A stretch of DNA of 64,000 bases, from contig CAUYUJ010000054.1 in NCBI GenBank assembly GCA_963575745.1, positions 1 through 64,000 on the forward strand. Direction: 5' to 3'. This stretch comes from Prorocentrum cordatum (Eukaryota). The notes under the pieces are model-generated. The model ran no database searches, had not been told where the DNA came from, and saw only the letters and a program-made list of their open reading frames with translations. Positions 1 through 15,328 of this stretch are shown one piece after another. Both the position numbers and the translations under genes were made by a program. Position 1 is the stretch's first letter, and every line of letters starts with the position of its first letter.

Positions 1-1351
1 AGGAGGAGGAGGAGGAGGAGGAGGAGGAGGAGGAGGAGGGAGGAAGAAGAGGATGAGAGCGGCTGCCAGGAGGGCAGTGCAGCAGGGCCAGCAAGCGGAA
101 TGGCGCGTACCGCGGAAGCCCGATCCTCAAGAGCAGCCGCCGTTCGTTCGTGCAGCGGCTGCGCGCGCAGTCCTTGCAGTTGTCGCGCAGTTGCAATTTT
201 CGGGCCGCAGTTGGTTGGACGTTTCGAGAGAGAGAGAGAGAGAGAGAGATGGAGGCAGCCTCGTTTTGGAACGGAGCCGCCATCAGTTCTTGCAGCCGTC
301 GCGCATTGGTACACTTCGGGCCGTGATGGTTGCAGCAGTTTGGAAAGGAACCGCCGTCCATCCTTGTGTGACTGCCCGGGAGTGTTACGACGAGTGTGCG
401 TTGCGCCAGTGTGAGGGCCGCATGAAGCAACGACATGACCTGCATCCATGTAGCTCTTGGTTCTAAAGACGAGGAGGAGGAGGAGGAGGATGAGGAGGAG
501 GAGGAGGAGGGGGAGGGGGATGAGGAGGGGGAGGGGGAGGGGGAGGGGGAGTGTTCACGACGCTGAGACGAGAGCTGCATTCTGGCAGCAGACGCCTCGG
601 CATGATAAGTTTTTTCAGCCTCGGGCGAACCGCCCAGGCCGCCCCACCGACACCCATTGGTGGTGTGACGACGAGGGCGTGTTTCTCAGGAGGATGGGTG
701 AAGGAGGATGGGTGAAAGACGAGGGTGAAGAGGCGGAGCAGGAGGGAGAGGAGGAGGAGGAGGACTGTCCCAGCGGTATCCCGAGGCCGCGGGTGGTCCC
801 CTTCACCAGCCAAGTTGTAGTTTTCGATGAGTGGGTGGAGAGACCTCGTGACAAAAAGCAGGAGGTGATGGATAGCAGCGGTGCCGTGATACGCAGTGTT
901 GAGACCCGGGCGATCCGCCTTCACCGAGGGGCTGCATCGCTTGCTATCGCCCCCTCCTCACACCCATGCCCGCTGCGGATCCGATCGAGTTCAGGCTGGG
1001 GTGTGGCATCCCTGAGTGGGGAAGCGAACATGCGATCGCAGTGGTCCTCGTTAGTGGCAACATAATGAATGAAGTTCTATCGGCTGTAACGCAGATCGCA
1101 GCGGTCTGCGCAATTGCAGGTTCTGTGCTTCGATGTTTCGTTTGATCCGAGAGTGCCAATCGAGTGGTATTTCCAGAGGCCCGGGTAACGGTCCCGACGG
1201 GCAGCGTGGCTTTCAGGTTTTGGGATATCGTGCATGTAGCATAAGATTGGCTCTGTGCGAGACCATCCCTGTTTGGTGAAGGCCCCAGAGGCCACAACAA
1301 CATGTGTGTATGCGTGTGTGTATGTATGTATGCATGCATGAATGTATGTGT

Positions 1352-2240
1352 GTAATGTAATGTAATGTAACGTCATGTAATGTAATGTAATGTAATGTAA
1401 TGTAATGTAAAGTAATGTAATGTAATGTAATGTAATATAGTGTAACGTAATGTAATGCAGTGTAATGTAGTGTAGTGTAGTGTAGTGTAATGTAGTGTAA
1501 TGTAATGTAATGTAATGTAATGTAATGTAATGTAATGTAGTGTAGTGTAATGTAATGTAATGTAATGTAATGTAATGTAGTGTAATGTTTTGTGATGCAA
1601 TGCAGCGCAACGCAACGCAACGCAATGCAATGCAATACAATGCAATGGAATGTAACGTAATGTGATGCGATGCGATGTAATGTAATGTAATGTAATGTAA
1701 TGTAATGTAATGTAATGTAATGTAATGTACTGCAATGCAATGCACTGCGCTGCAATGCAATGCAATGCAATGTAATATAATGTAATGTAATGTAATGTAG
1801 TGTAATGTAATGTGATGTGATGTGATGTGATGTGATGTGATGTAATGTAATGTATTGTAATGTAATTTAATGTAATGTAATGTAATTTAGTGTAATGTAG
1901 TGTAATGTAATGTAATGTAATGTAATGTACTGTACTGTACTGTAATGTAAGGTACTGTAATGTAATGTAATGTAATTTGATGTAAGGTAATGTAATGTAA
2001 TGTCATGTAATGTACTGTAATGTCATGTAATGTAATGCAATGTAGTGGAATGTATTGTAATGTAATGTACTGTAATGTAATGCAATGGAATGGAAGGGAA
2101 TGTGATGCAAATTATTGCAGTGTAAGGTAAGGTAAGGTAAGGTAAGGTAAGGTAAGACATGTATGTATGTATGTATGTATGTAGGTAGGAGGTAGGTAGG
2201 TAGGTAGGTAGGTATGTACGTACGTATGTATGTATGTGTG
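1352..2240. repeat. (TGTAA)n pentamer microsatellite followed by (TATG/TAGG)n
   Basis: Direct reading. Confidence 0.97.
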
Positions 2241-2980
2241 TTTATGTGAGCCAGTGCATCCCCTGCCCCAGCAGGGTGGTTCGCCGGCCTTCTCCAGGTT
2301 TTTTCCAGGCGCCGCCTGTGGCTCCCACCTCAGCTTTCTGCCACGCACCCCGCAGGGATGGCCGACCCCATGGCCGCTTGTGGCCAGGTCCTCGCCTCGC
2401 CTGCCTGGTTTTCAGAATCTCCTTTCGCCCACGCAACGGCCGCCCAGGGTGGCCGTGCTCCCTGCGACGCGCCCCCCCTCCTCCGCGCCCCCCTCCTCCG
2501 CGCCTCCTCCGATGTCGGCGTTCACCTGCCCCAGCTGCTGGTCCCTTGCCAGCGCTTCTCTGCACGCCCATTCGGTGTGGTCCTTTCGGCTGTCAGTCGC
2601 GTGACATGTCAATTTCTCCGTGCGCAGCCGTTTGCTGTTTCGAATGTCCAGCCCCCATCTGGTATGGCCTTCGCGGGCTGGTCAGTCATGTGGCAGGTCA
2701 GAAGATCGCAGTGCTAGCCTCCTCACATGTCTTGTTTTACCTCCCCCCTGGGCTCTGCCCGGCTGTCCTCGGGCTGCCCCCGTCCCAGCTGTTGCCTGGC
2801 GCCGCCGCTGGCTCCTACCCCGGCGCCCGCCCCGCCGCCGCCGGGACTTGCCTGAGTGGGCCCGGCTTCCTCTCACCCCGCCCGCGGTGGGCTTCCTCCG
2901 TCTTCCTCTTGTGCACCGCCGCCCAATTTGCATTTTGTGCGCCCCACTACTGCCACATCGCCGGAGCAGTAATCTCTGCC

Positions 2981-3021
2981 CAGCCGCCGACGCAAAAAAT
3001 GCGCGTGTGTGTATATATGTA

Positions 3022-3061
<40 letters not shown>

Positions 3062-4001
3062 GGCCGCGTGGCCTGGGCCGGCCGCGCGCGTCTCCCTGCC
3101 CGACTTTCTACGCCTCGGCGCTGCGCGCGGGACCGCGACGCCAAAAAGTGCGTGTTTGTGTGGGTCTGACCATGCCTGGGCGGCATGTGCTGCCGCCCAC
3201 CAGCTCGCGCTGCGACCACCGCGCGGGGCGCTCCCGTGGCGGGCGGCGCCCTCTTCTTCCCTGCCCATCCGCGCCCGGCGTGCTGTCGCTGCGGAGCGAT
3301 CCCGCTGGAGGGCCCGGCCGAGCGCGCCCGCCGCCGCTGCTTCCGAGTAGCTCCGCATCGTCGTCGCGCGCGAGGCCGCGACCGCCAATGTGTGTGTGTG
3401 TGTGTGTGCTCTCCCCCGTAGGATTCCTAGAGAATCTGTGCGGGTCTGAGCGAGATCCCTGAGATTCCCCCAAATTCTCACGATTCCTCAAAGTTTCTAG
3501 GGATCCGAAAAGATCCGTGGGATTCCTCAACCATTTCTAGGGATCTAGACGAGATCATTCGGATTCCTGAAGAGTGCCTTCCTGCCCACAGGGCTCCCAT
3601 TGCTGTCTGTTGCCGCGCCCTGTGTGCGCGCCGCCGTTGCGGGCCGCTGCTGCGTCTTTTTCGTTTCGCACTGCCGCGCTACTCTTCTGCGTTCTTCCTC
3701 CGTCCGCCCTCCCCCGCTGCTGCCCTCGCGACCGCCCCCTCGCGAGTGATGTTGTTGATCCCGTACGGTGGACCTAGTATCGCCACGCCGCGTGATCTGC
3801 GCCAGCCCGCGCGCCTTTCACTCTCGCTCGACCTGCAGTATGCCGCGCCGCTGCGCGCGTGGCCGCGACGCCAAATGTGTGTGTGTGTGTGTGTGGGTGT
3901 GTCTTCTCTCCCGCGTGCCCTGCGGTTTCAGTCGCGTTTTTGTGTGACCCATTAATGCAACATCGCCGGAACAGTCCCTCTGCCCAGCCGCCGACGCCAA
4001 A

Positions 4002-4039
<38 letters not shown>

Positions 4040-4110
4040 GCGTGTGCGTGTGCGTGTGCGTGTGCGTGTGCGTGTGCGTGTGCGTGTGCGCGTGTGTGTG
4101 TGGGTGGGTG
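2981..4110. repeat. Dispersed module GCCGCGACGCCAAAAA followed by (TG)n, about 5 copies
   Basis: Copies near 2981, 3131, 3374, 3861 and 3985. Confidence 0.7.
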
Positions 4111-4268
4111 TCAGTGTTTTTTTGTTTTTTGCTTGGCCCGCGTAGCCATACATACCAGGGTTGTATGCATAGCACTCGTGAGCAAATATTATGGGGGCCG
4201 GAGGACTGGAAGAATGGAGAGAGGCGTGGAACGAGCTTTCTGCGTGGGTTTGTCGTTGCGCGGCCGAG

Positions 4269-4378
4269 GCCGTGTGTTGTCTACTTGCACGGGAACTGCA
4301 GCAGCCGATGCGAGGCGGTGCAGTGTCTGCCCGTGCTGCTCCCCTTTGGCATCACCGTCTTCTGCCTTGACTTTGCGG
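4269..4378 (+). CDS. Alpha/beta hydrolase (YqkD/COG1073-like), exon 1 in window (5' exons probably upstream of window)
   Basis: Translates PCVVYLHGNCSSRCEAVQCLPVLLPFGITVFCLDFAG (HG oxyanion motif, LDFAG). Acceptor AG|G at 4267-68, GA donor at 4379-80. Phase joins the next exon as G+GA=Gly. Confidence 0.9.
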
Positions 4379-4607
4379 GACCCCGGCGCGATTCCGCCGG
4401 CCGCGAGCGTACAGGAAAAATATGGGGCGTTTTTTTGGTTCCTGCTTGGGCCATAACGGGCGTCATGGCCCCCTGGCCACCCCCCCTTATAACGTATTGT
4501 CCCCCCTTCGGTGCGCCCTGGGCCAGGCGGCAGTCTGCCGCCTGGCGCATCGGGATCTGCATAATTAGGCGTCCGGATAGGAGTCCGCATAAGGGATCTG
4601 GTCCGCA

Positions 4608-4676
<69 letters not shown>

Positions 4677-4889
4677 GTCGTCGTCGCCGAATATTCATTT
4701 CTAGACAAAAGTTGTTTTTTGTCTCCGGAAACGGTTCCGCGCGCTCTTGCCTCGACGCCGGCTACATTTTTTTTGAAAATGAGTCTCCCGCGCGGGCGTT
4801 AGCTTGAGTGTACATGTGGACCCTCGGGGCCCCAGCTAATTACAACGACAACGGTTCCCGCTTCATATTTCTTCACATTTTACCCGGAA

Positions 4890-5370
4890 ACACCCTGGCC
4901 AGAGAGGCCCACGAACTCAGGAACGGCTCTCTCGCTCGAGACCTCGCAATTCAGTCAAATTGGCGGAGGCCCAGCCACGACGACAAGGGCTCCTGCTCGA
5001 TGCTTCCTCACGATTTGCTCCGAGAGCCTCTGGCCAGGAAGGCCGCCGAACTCAGGAATGGCTCTTTCGTTCGAGATTTTCTGTTGATTTTAGTCATAGT
5101 GGTGGAGGCGCAACTGCAAGGACAAGGGCTTTCGCTAGATGCTTCCCCAAGATGTATTCGCAAAGGCCCTTGCCAGAGAGGCCCCCGAACTCAAGAGTGG
5201 CGCTCGCGCTCGAGACTTTTTCGTAACGCAGGCAAGTTGGTGGAGGCCCAGACGCGGCGACAAGGGTTCCCGCTATATAGTTCCCAATATGAACTTCGAG
5301 AACCCCTTCCCAGAGAGGTCCCCGAACTCAGGAACGGCGCTCTCGCTCCAGAGTCCCTCGCACTTCAGTC
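4890..5370. repeat. About 136-bp tandem repeat, 4 diverged units
   Basis: CCAGAGAGGCCC.CGAACTCAGGAACGGC.CTCTCGCTCGAGA core near 4893, 5027, 5167 and 5303. Confidence 0.85.
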
Positions 5371-5807
5371 AGTGTCCGACACGGAAGATATTCCCCCCGA
5401 AACGGGGTGCAATCGAAGACGAAGTGGCAGGTATCGAGGGGTGGGGTACACAGAATGCAAGACACGCGTGCCACCAAGAGCGAACAGTCTTAAAATGATC
5501 GTCGTCGTCGTCGTCGTCGTCGTGGTCGTGGTCGTCGTCGTGGTCGTGGTCGTCGTCGTGGTCGTCGTTGTCGTCGGCGTTGTGGTGGTCGTCGTCGTCG
5601 TCGTCGACGCTCGTCGCTCGTCGCTCGTCGCTCATCGCTCATCGTCGTCGTGCGCGCGGACGCGGCTGGAGCCTGATTTTTTCATCCGAGCCGATGACGG
5701 CCGTCATCTGGGGGCGTAAGGGGCCGATGACGTCACGTTTCGCGCCGGCGGCGTTTGGGAATGCTTAGGAATGACCGAAGACGGGTAGCAGCAGCATGTA
5801 GGTGGCG

Positions 5808-6095
5808 ATGTGCACCACAGCGCCTGTGTACACCTCGCTGCGTGCGTGCACCACAGCGCGTGTGTACACCACACCGCCTATGTGCACCACAGCAGCCGCG
5901 TGCAACACAGCGCCAGAATGTGCCACAGTGCCCGCGGACACCACAGCGTGTACGCCACATCGCCTGCGTACACCACATCAGCCGTGTGCAACAACACAAG
6001 TGTACACCACAATGTTTGTGTGCACTACAGCGCGTGTGTACACCACGGCGCCTGCGTGCACCACAGCAACCGTGTGCAAAAGAGCACCACCGTTG
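5808..6095 (+). repeat. About 18-bp minisatellite (TGTACACCACAGCGCCTG-like)
   Basis: Direct reading; a reverse-complement copy lies at 10815-11078. Confidence 0.88.
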
Positions 6096-6462
6096 CATAT
6101 AGAATCCAACCAGCCCTGTGGGCGCAGGTGGTCAAACGAGATTATTTTCCCCTCTTCCAAAAACCTTTCTTCTCCTACGGGGAGGGGATCACGAAAGTGC
6201 GCCAGTGGAACTCCCTGAATACACTAAAGGGGGGGGAGTCCAGAACCCCCCGCTCCCCTCCCCCCCTTCCCCCCCCCTCCCTTGAAGGGGGGGGGGGTCC
6301 GGAGCCCCCCCCCCTTTGGCGCTGAAAGGGAGGGGGAGGGGGTTCGGATCCCCCCTCCCCCTCCCTCCCTTTGCGCCGCAGAGGGAGCCGGGGAGGGGGG
6401 GCCTCTCTCGCTTCTTCTTTCTGCGCCAGTGAAGGTGTGTAGGGAGTGCGGAGTTGGGAGTA

Positions 6463-7643
6463 GGGAGTGGTGAGTAGTGAGTTGTGAGTTAAAGCGTAGT
6501 GAGTAGTGAGTATTGGGTAGTGAGTAGTGGGTAGTGAGTGGCGAGTACGGAGTAGGAAGTAGGGAGTGGGGAGTAGTGAGTAGTGAGTAGTGAGTAGTGT
6601 GTACTGATAAGTGAGTAGTGAGTGGCGAGTAGTAAGTAGTGAGCAGTGAGTAGCGAATAGTGAGTAGTGAATACTGAGTAGGGAGTAGGGAGTAATGAAT
6701 AGTTGGTAGTGAGTAGTGGGTAGTGAGTAGTGGGTGGCGAGTAGTGATCAGTGAGTAGTGAGTAGTGGGTAGTGCGTAGTGCGTAGTGAGTAGTGAGTAG
6801 TGAGTAGTGAGTAGTGAATAGTAGTGGGTAGTGAGTAGAGAGTAGCGAGTAGGGAGTAGTGAGTAGTGAGTAGTGAGTAGTGGGTACTGAGTAGTACGTC
6901 GTGCGTAATGAGTAGTGAGTAGTGAGTAGTGATGAATAGAGAGTAGTGGGTAGTGGCAGTGGGGAGTGTGTAGTGAGTAGCGAGTAGGGAGTAGCGAGTA
7001 TTGAGTAGTGAGGAGCGAGTATGGCGTAGTGAGTAGTGAGTAGTGAGTAGAGAGTAGTCAGTAGTGAGTAGTGGGTCGTGATTAGTGAGTAACGACTAGG
7101 GAGTAGCGAGTAGTGAGTAGTGAGTAGTGAGTAGGGAGTAGGGCGTAGTGGGCAGTGAGTAGTAATATATGGGTAGCGAAGAGCGGGTAGTGAGTAGCGA
7201 TTAGTGAGTAGTGAGTAGTGGGTAGGTTGAGTAGCGGGGAGTGAGTGAGTAGTGAGTAGCGAGTATGGGAGTAGCGAGTAGTGAGTATTGAGGACTGTGT
7301 AGTCAGTATTGTCTAGGGGGAGGGAGTAGCGAGTAGCGAGTAGTGGGTAGTGAGTAGTGACTTGTGGGCAATGAGTAGTGTGTAGTGAGTAGTGGATTAG
7401 TGGGTAGTGAGTAACGGGTAGTGATTAGTAAGTAGTGAGTAGGGAGTAGTGAGTGGTACTTAGTGGGTAGTGAGCACTGAGTAGTGGGTAGTGAGGAGTG
7501 AGTAGTGAGTAGTGAGTAGGGAGGAGGGAGTGGTGAGTAGGGAGTAGCGAGTAGCGATCGTGAGTAGTGAGTAAGGGGTAGTGAGAAGTGAGTAGCGAAA
7601 AGCGAGTAGTCAGTAGTGGGTAGTGAGTAATGAGTAGTGAGTA
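6463..7643. repeat. (GTGAGTA)n heptamer satellite
   Basis: Direct reading, about 1.2 kb, degenerate. Confidence 0.96.
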
Positions 7644-9039
7644 CTCTTTGGGGCTGGGGTTTTTGCTTGGGGTTAGGGTTCGGGGGTTTGGGTTAGGGTG
7701 AGGACTAGGGATAGGGGTGGCGGGGGTCGGTTCCGGAATCCGGGGGCGGCGTGGCGAAAGGGGGGGGGGGGGAGGGGCGGATGTGCGGCCAAAGGGGGGG
7801 GGGGTCGGGCCCCGTCCTCCTTTTGAAAGGGGGGGGGGGGGTCCCCGACGCTCCCCGACGACGGATCGGGGAAAGGGGGGGAGGGGGGGGTGTCCCCGAC
7901 GACGGATCGGGGAAGGGGGGGAGGGGTGGGTGGGTCCCCGACGACGGATCGGGGAAGGGCGGGGGGGGGTCCCCCTCCCCCGTCCCTTGGGGATAGCGCA
8001 CCCTCGGGGATTATCCCTCCACCTACCCCGTCCTCTGGACTTCTCCGGGGGTTCCGCGAGGTGCCAGGGCGTCCAAAACGGCCTCGGCGAGGAAACTAGC
8101 ATCATTGGTTTTACACTAAGGTTTTGACCCCATTTTGGCTTCTTTGGGGGTTGAAAGTTACACCACTTCCTCCTTTGATTGATTTTCAAGATGGCCCCAA
8201 GAGGCTTTCCAGGGCTCCCAACAGGGCTCCCAAAGAGCCCCAGGAGAGCTCCAAGGGGCGATATTGAGGGCTCCTGGGAAGGGGCCGAAATCGAGGACCC
8301 CCTATTTTTTGATCGATGCTCCCCTAGATGGCCCCAACAGGCCTTCCAGGACACCAGCCGCAGCACCAGCAGAGGCAGCAACAGCATCAGCAGCACCAGC
8401 AGCAGCAGCACCAGCTGATGGCTGAGAAGTCCCACCAGCCCTTTGGGCGACAGGTGGTCTGTGGGATAATGAGGGAGACACGAAGCGGAAACACCTGGCA
8501 ATATGTTGTGGATTGGACTCGGCGGGAGTATGTGTTCACGTATCCTGGTTGCTCGCTTTGTTTCCCTAGATGTGTCCTTTCGTCCCTTTTCCCGTCAGCT
8601 CTCGTGGGCAGGGCTTCTGAATGGGTTGGTGGGGACATGCGAAACGTGAAGAATTTCGGCAGGATTTTTTGTCAAAGTGGAACGACTGTGGATCCCACAT
8701 ATATATATATATGTATGTATATATATATATATATGTTTTATATAAGAGCGACAAGGAATCCTTATGATGGAAAAGAGAGTGCCGCTGGAATCTGCGAGTC
8801 CTTCCGAGTCCTCCGGCATCATCTTAACTCCTTCCATGCACGTCCAGGAGGGTCCAGCAGACTTGACCGTCCGAGAACTAAGTGGATTGATTCAATCGAC
8901 CAATGTGCGGTGCGCGCTGAGATGCGCACGTACGCTGTAGCGCCGACCCGCACGACAGGGGGGAAGGGTTAGTGAGGAGGAGGAGGAGGGGGAGGAAGTG
9001 GAAAAGGAGAAGGTGGAGGAGGAGGAAGAAGACAAAGAA

Positions 9040-10812
<1,773 letters not shown>

Positions 10813-10814
10813 GG

Positions 10815-11078
10815 GGTGTACACTAGCGCTGCGTTGCACGCGGATGCTGTGTTGTAGACAGGCGTTGTGGCGTGCACAGGCGCTCAGGCGCTGTGTTGCA
10901 CCACGTGGTTGCTGCGGTATACACATTCGCTGTGGTGTACACTGGCGCCGTGGTGTACGCAAGCACTGGTGGTGTACACAGGCGCTGCGTTGCACAAGGC
11001 TGTTGCGGTGTGCGCAGGCGCTGTGATGTATACGCGCGTTTTGGTGCACGCGTTCATTGTGGTGTACACAGGCGCTGT
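10815..11078 (-). repeat. Same 18-bp minisatellite in inverted orientation
   Basis: CAGGCGCTGTGGTGTACA-like units. Confidence 0.85.
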
Positions 11079-11499
11079 GAGGGGCAGATCGCCACTCACA
11101 TGCTGCTCCTACTTTGCCTCGATCATCTCTAGGCATTCCTTGACGCCGCCGGTGCGGAACATGACATCATCTTGGGGGGGCGATGATGGCCGTTACCCTG
11201 GAAAATATAACATCAGGCTTTTGTGGTGTTGCAGCCACACGGCGGGGGGGGGGGGGCGTTATGCTATACCCCCCGCCCCTTCCCACCCCCTTAACGCCTG
11301 TTACCGCCGAAAATAAAGAACGCGCTCGTAGTGCCAGAGGATGGAAACAGTGAGAGAGGGAGGGGGAAAGGGAAAGGGAACGGGAGAGGGACAGGAAGAA
11401 GAGGAAGGGAAGCGGAAGAGAGGGAGGGAGGGGGGAGAGAATCAACCGATCGAAGGACCCAACCATGCGCAGTTGTGAGTCCCGCGTTGTGGGTACCGC

Positions 11500-12400
11500 T
11501 TTCGGTGGAGCTCCCTGTGAGGCCACGAACCGTGTGATGAATGTGCCAAAATGGGCGTCGGGCGCATGTGGCCTGTTTCACTGGGGCCTTCGGTGGAGCT
11601 CCCTATGGGGCCACGAACCGTGTGAGGGGTGTGCCAAAAGGGCGTCGGGTGCATGCGGCCTGTGCCACTGGGGCCTTGGTGGAGCTCCCTATGGGGCCAC
11701 GAACCGTGTGAGGGGTGTACCAGAATGGGCGTCGGGCGCATGCGGCCTGTGCCACTAGGGCCTTCGGTGGAGTTCCCTATGGGGCCACGAGCCGTGTGAG
11801 GGGTGTGCCAGAATGGGCGTCGGGCGCATGCGGCCTGTGTCACTGGGGCCTTCGGTGGAGCTCCCCATGGGGCCACGAGCCGTGTGAGGGATGTGCCACA
11901 AGGGGCGTCGGGCGCATGCGGCCTGCGCCACTGGGGCCTTCGATGGAGCTCCCTGTGTGGCCACGAACCGTGTGAGGGGTGTGCCACACTGGGGGCGTCG
12001 GGCGCATGCGGCCTGTGCCACTGGGGCCTTGGTGGAGCTCCCTATGGGGCCACGAGCCGTGTGAGGGATGTGCCAAACTTGGCGTCGGGCTCATGTGACC
12101 TGTGCCATTGGGGTCTTCGGTGGAGCTCCTTATGGGGCCACGAACCGTGTGAGGGGTGTGCCAACATGGGGGCGTCAGGCGCATGCGGCCTCTGCCACTG
12201 GGGCCTTCGGTGGAGCTCCCTATGGGGCCACGAGCCGTGTGAGGGGTGTGCCACAAGGGGGGCGTCGGGCGCATGCGGCCTGTGCCACTGGGGCCTTCGG
12301 TGGTGCTCCTTGTGGGGCCACGAGCCGTGTGAGGGGTGTGCCACAATGGACGTCGGGCGCATGCGGCCTGTGCCACTGGGGCCTTCGGTGGAGCTGTGAG
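11500..12400. repeat. About 88-bp tandem minisatellite, about 10 units
   Basis: GCCACTGGGGCCTTCGGTGGAGCTCCCTATGGGGCCACGAACCGTGTGAGGGGTGTGCCA..GGGCGTCGGGCGCATGCGGCCTGT repeated head-to-tail. Confidence 0.96.
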
Positions 12401-13967
12401 GGTTGTGCCGAAATGGTGGACATGCGGAGAGCAGAGGCAAGGCATGGGAGGAGAAGGAGGAGGAGGCGGAGAAGGAGGAGGAAGAGGAGGAGGAGGATGA
12501 GGAGGAGGAGGAGGAGGGGAAAGAAGGAGAGGAGGAGGAGGAGGAGGAGGAGGAGGAGGAGGAGGAGGGAAAGGAGAGGAAAGGAGGAAGAGGAGGAGGA
12601 GGAGGGAAAGGAGGAGGAGGAGGGGCGGAGGAGGAGGAGGAGGAGGAGGAGGAGGAGCAGGAGGAGGAGGAGGAGGAGGAGGAGGAGGAGGAGGAGGAAT
12701 GGGAACCCAGGGCGCTGTTTCTTCAAAGCTAGGGCCCAACACCACAGGATGGCTGGGGGAAAGAGAGAGATAGAGAGAGAAAGAGAGAAAGAGAGAAAGA
12801 GAGAGAGAGAGAGAGAGCGCAACAGGTCGTTAAGGCCTGGCGGGGCGTAGCCGCCGCTCTGGCCAACCTCGCATTGGCGGGAGGTGCCGCAAGACGAACA
12901 TGGGTGGGGAACAAAAACCCTCCCCCTGGCGCGCGGACTGAGGGGTCCTTTGCTTCCACCATGCCCGCGAGTGCGTTTCTCCGTGCCGGCTTGACCTTCT
13001 TTGTGGAGAGACCAGTATTTGATGCGAAGGCGAGGTCAGGGCAGAAGGTATAGGGTTTAGGGTCTACAAGCTCTCCCGCAGCTGAGCACCTCCTGCCTAG
13101 GAGCCGACCTGCGGTGGCTGCCAGTCCCACCCGCAAGCCACCCTACCATAAAGAACTTCCGGGGACCTAAACAGTACTTCCTTGTCAAGGAGAGTCTCGT
13201 AGGTGTATGAACGTCAGGAACAAGTATTTGTTTTGCAAAGGGTGGCGAGGGTGTACAGCACGCATGATCAGGACATCGTATATTTCACAAAAGGATGGCG
13301 AGGGTTTACAGCACGCATGATCAGGAAACCTTTTTTGTTGCAAGGGATGTCGCCGGTTTACATCCAGGGCTGCCAGGAAATAGTATTTGTTGCGATGGAT
13401 TATGCACGCAGGAGTTCGGATGGGAATCAGGAGGCATGGAGCCAGAATGTTCAGGGTTTAATAATCATAAGATTGAGGATTTAGGGTTTAGGGCCTGCAT
13501 TGGCGCAAGCGCGCTGGCTGCGACCCTCCCCCACATCGAGGTTGTTGGGGGGGATCGCTGCCCAAACCGCGCGCGCCACGGTCAGTCACACTCCCGCCCC
13601 AGACCGCCCAGAGTGAAGCCTTTTAGGGTTTAGGGTTTCTCCCCCCAACCCCCTATCACGGAGGGCTGTCGAAGTGGCGCGCGCGGGCGGTCGCCGACGC
13701 GACCGTGGCGTTGCGCGTCCGCGTGAGCATGCGCGCAGGGCGCGTGGCGTAGGCGCGTCAGCTCGCCCCGTCGAAGAGGCAGCCGTTGGCGATTTCGGCG
13801 TTGAGCTTCGCCGTTGGGCTGCCGCTGGCGCAGCATGTCCATGTGTTGCCGCCTTTGCCTTCGGCGCTGGGTTGGGACACTGGGCTGCGAATGCTGGGAA
13901 GCGCGCGCGGCCGCGGCCGTGGCAATGCGCTCCCATGCGAGCGCGCGCGCAGGGCACATGGCGCTGG

Positions 13968-15000
13968 CGCGTCAGCTCGTGCGCCGTAGGGCTCCTCGCT
14001 GACGGCGACGCGCACGGCAGTTGCAGTCGCCCTCGGCTTTGCGTTTCGCCTTTGGGGTCGCCCCCGCTGAAGCGATTGCAATCATTGACGCAGCCGCTTT
14101 CGGCGCGACCTTCGGGCGGCTGGAGGAGGAGTGCGAGGGGGCGGGCCTGGCACCCCCTCGCCACGATGCGCGGGCATGGCGGCGTCAGCTCCCCCATGGG
14201 CCCCCGCGGGCCTCGAGCGAGTGGCTGCGCCGTAGGGCTCCTCGCTGACGGCGACGCGCACGGCAGTTGCATTCGCCCTCGGCTTTCGGTGTCGCCTTTG
14301 AGGTTACCGCCGCTGAAGCGATTGCAATCATCGACGCAGCCGCCTTCGGCGCGAGCCTCGGACGGCATGAGGGGATGCGCGATGGGGGTGGGCCTGGCGC
14401 CCCCTCGCCACGATGCGCCTGGGGCCTCCCCCAGGAACGCGTCGGGGGCGCTCCGGGGTCCCTGGGGGTCGCGCTCCGGCGCCTGAGGGCGCTTGTGAGC
14501 GTCTGGGAGCGCGCGGGAGCGTCTGGGAGCGTGGAGGGACACGCAGCGTGTAGCGCGAATGCGAGCCGTGGATTGGCCGTTGGGCTTGGCCGTTGGCGTC
14601 GCCCGCGCTGAAGCGATTGCATCTTCGCATGGCTGGAGGGGGAACGCGAGGGGGTGGGTCTGGCACCCCCTCGCTACGATGCGCGGGCGTGGCTGCGGCA
14701 GCACCTGCGTGGGGGGGGAACGCCTGGGAGCGCCGGCGACCGTCCGCGAGCGCCTGGGAGCGCTCGTGAACGCTTGGAAGCGCCTGGGAGCGCTTGCGAG
14801 CGCCTGGGCGCGCCGCGGTGCGCTTTGGAGCGCCTGTGGGCGCTTGGGAGCGCCCGGAACGCTTGGATGCTTGGGATTGCCTGGGGGCGCCGGGGAGCGC
14901 TTGGGAGCGCTTGGGAATGCTTGGCAGCGCTGGGAGTGCCGGGGAGCGCTGGGGAGCTCCTGGGAGCGCCTGAGAGCGTTTGGGCGCGTTGGGGACACCG
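13968..15000. repeat. About 250-bp tandem repeat followed by a 10-mer (GGGAGCGCCT)n array
   Basis: GCGCCGTAGGGCTCCTCGCTGACGGCGACGCGCACGGCAGTTGCA at 13981 and 14227; the 10-mer array spans about 14720-15000. Confidence 0.85.
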
Positions 15001-15297
15001 AGGAAGCTAGGGAGAAGGCCCCGAGGCGCCGCATGCCGTATTTTCATACGGATTGCGGGTTAAGGGTTCTTTACATTCAGCGAACAAGCGGCGGCCGCAT
15101 ACGCGCGGCGGGCGGATGCCTCCTCAACGCTGCGCGCTCCGTCGGTGCCACGTGCGTGGAATGGGCAGGCTCGCTGAGCGCTCGGCCAGACGCCACGGGC
15201 TACGGACGTTGCACAGCCTGTGGCGTGCAGTTTAGGGTTTAGGGCCGGTGCCGCGCGGTGTCCCGCCGGTGTCCCGCCGGTGTCCCGTCGGTGTCAC

Positions 15298-15328
<31 letters not shown>

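Noticed and set aside
11500..12400. CRISPR-like regular array
   Set aside because: Units are head-to-tail 88-bp repeats with only a few variable bases, no unique spacers and no cas genes; the context is eukaryotic.
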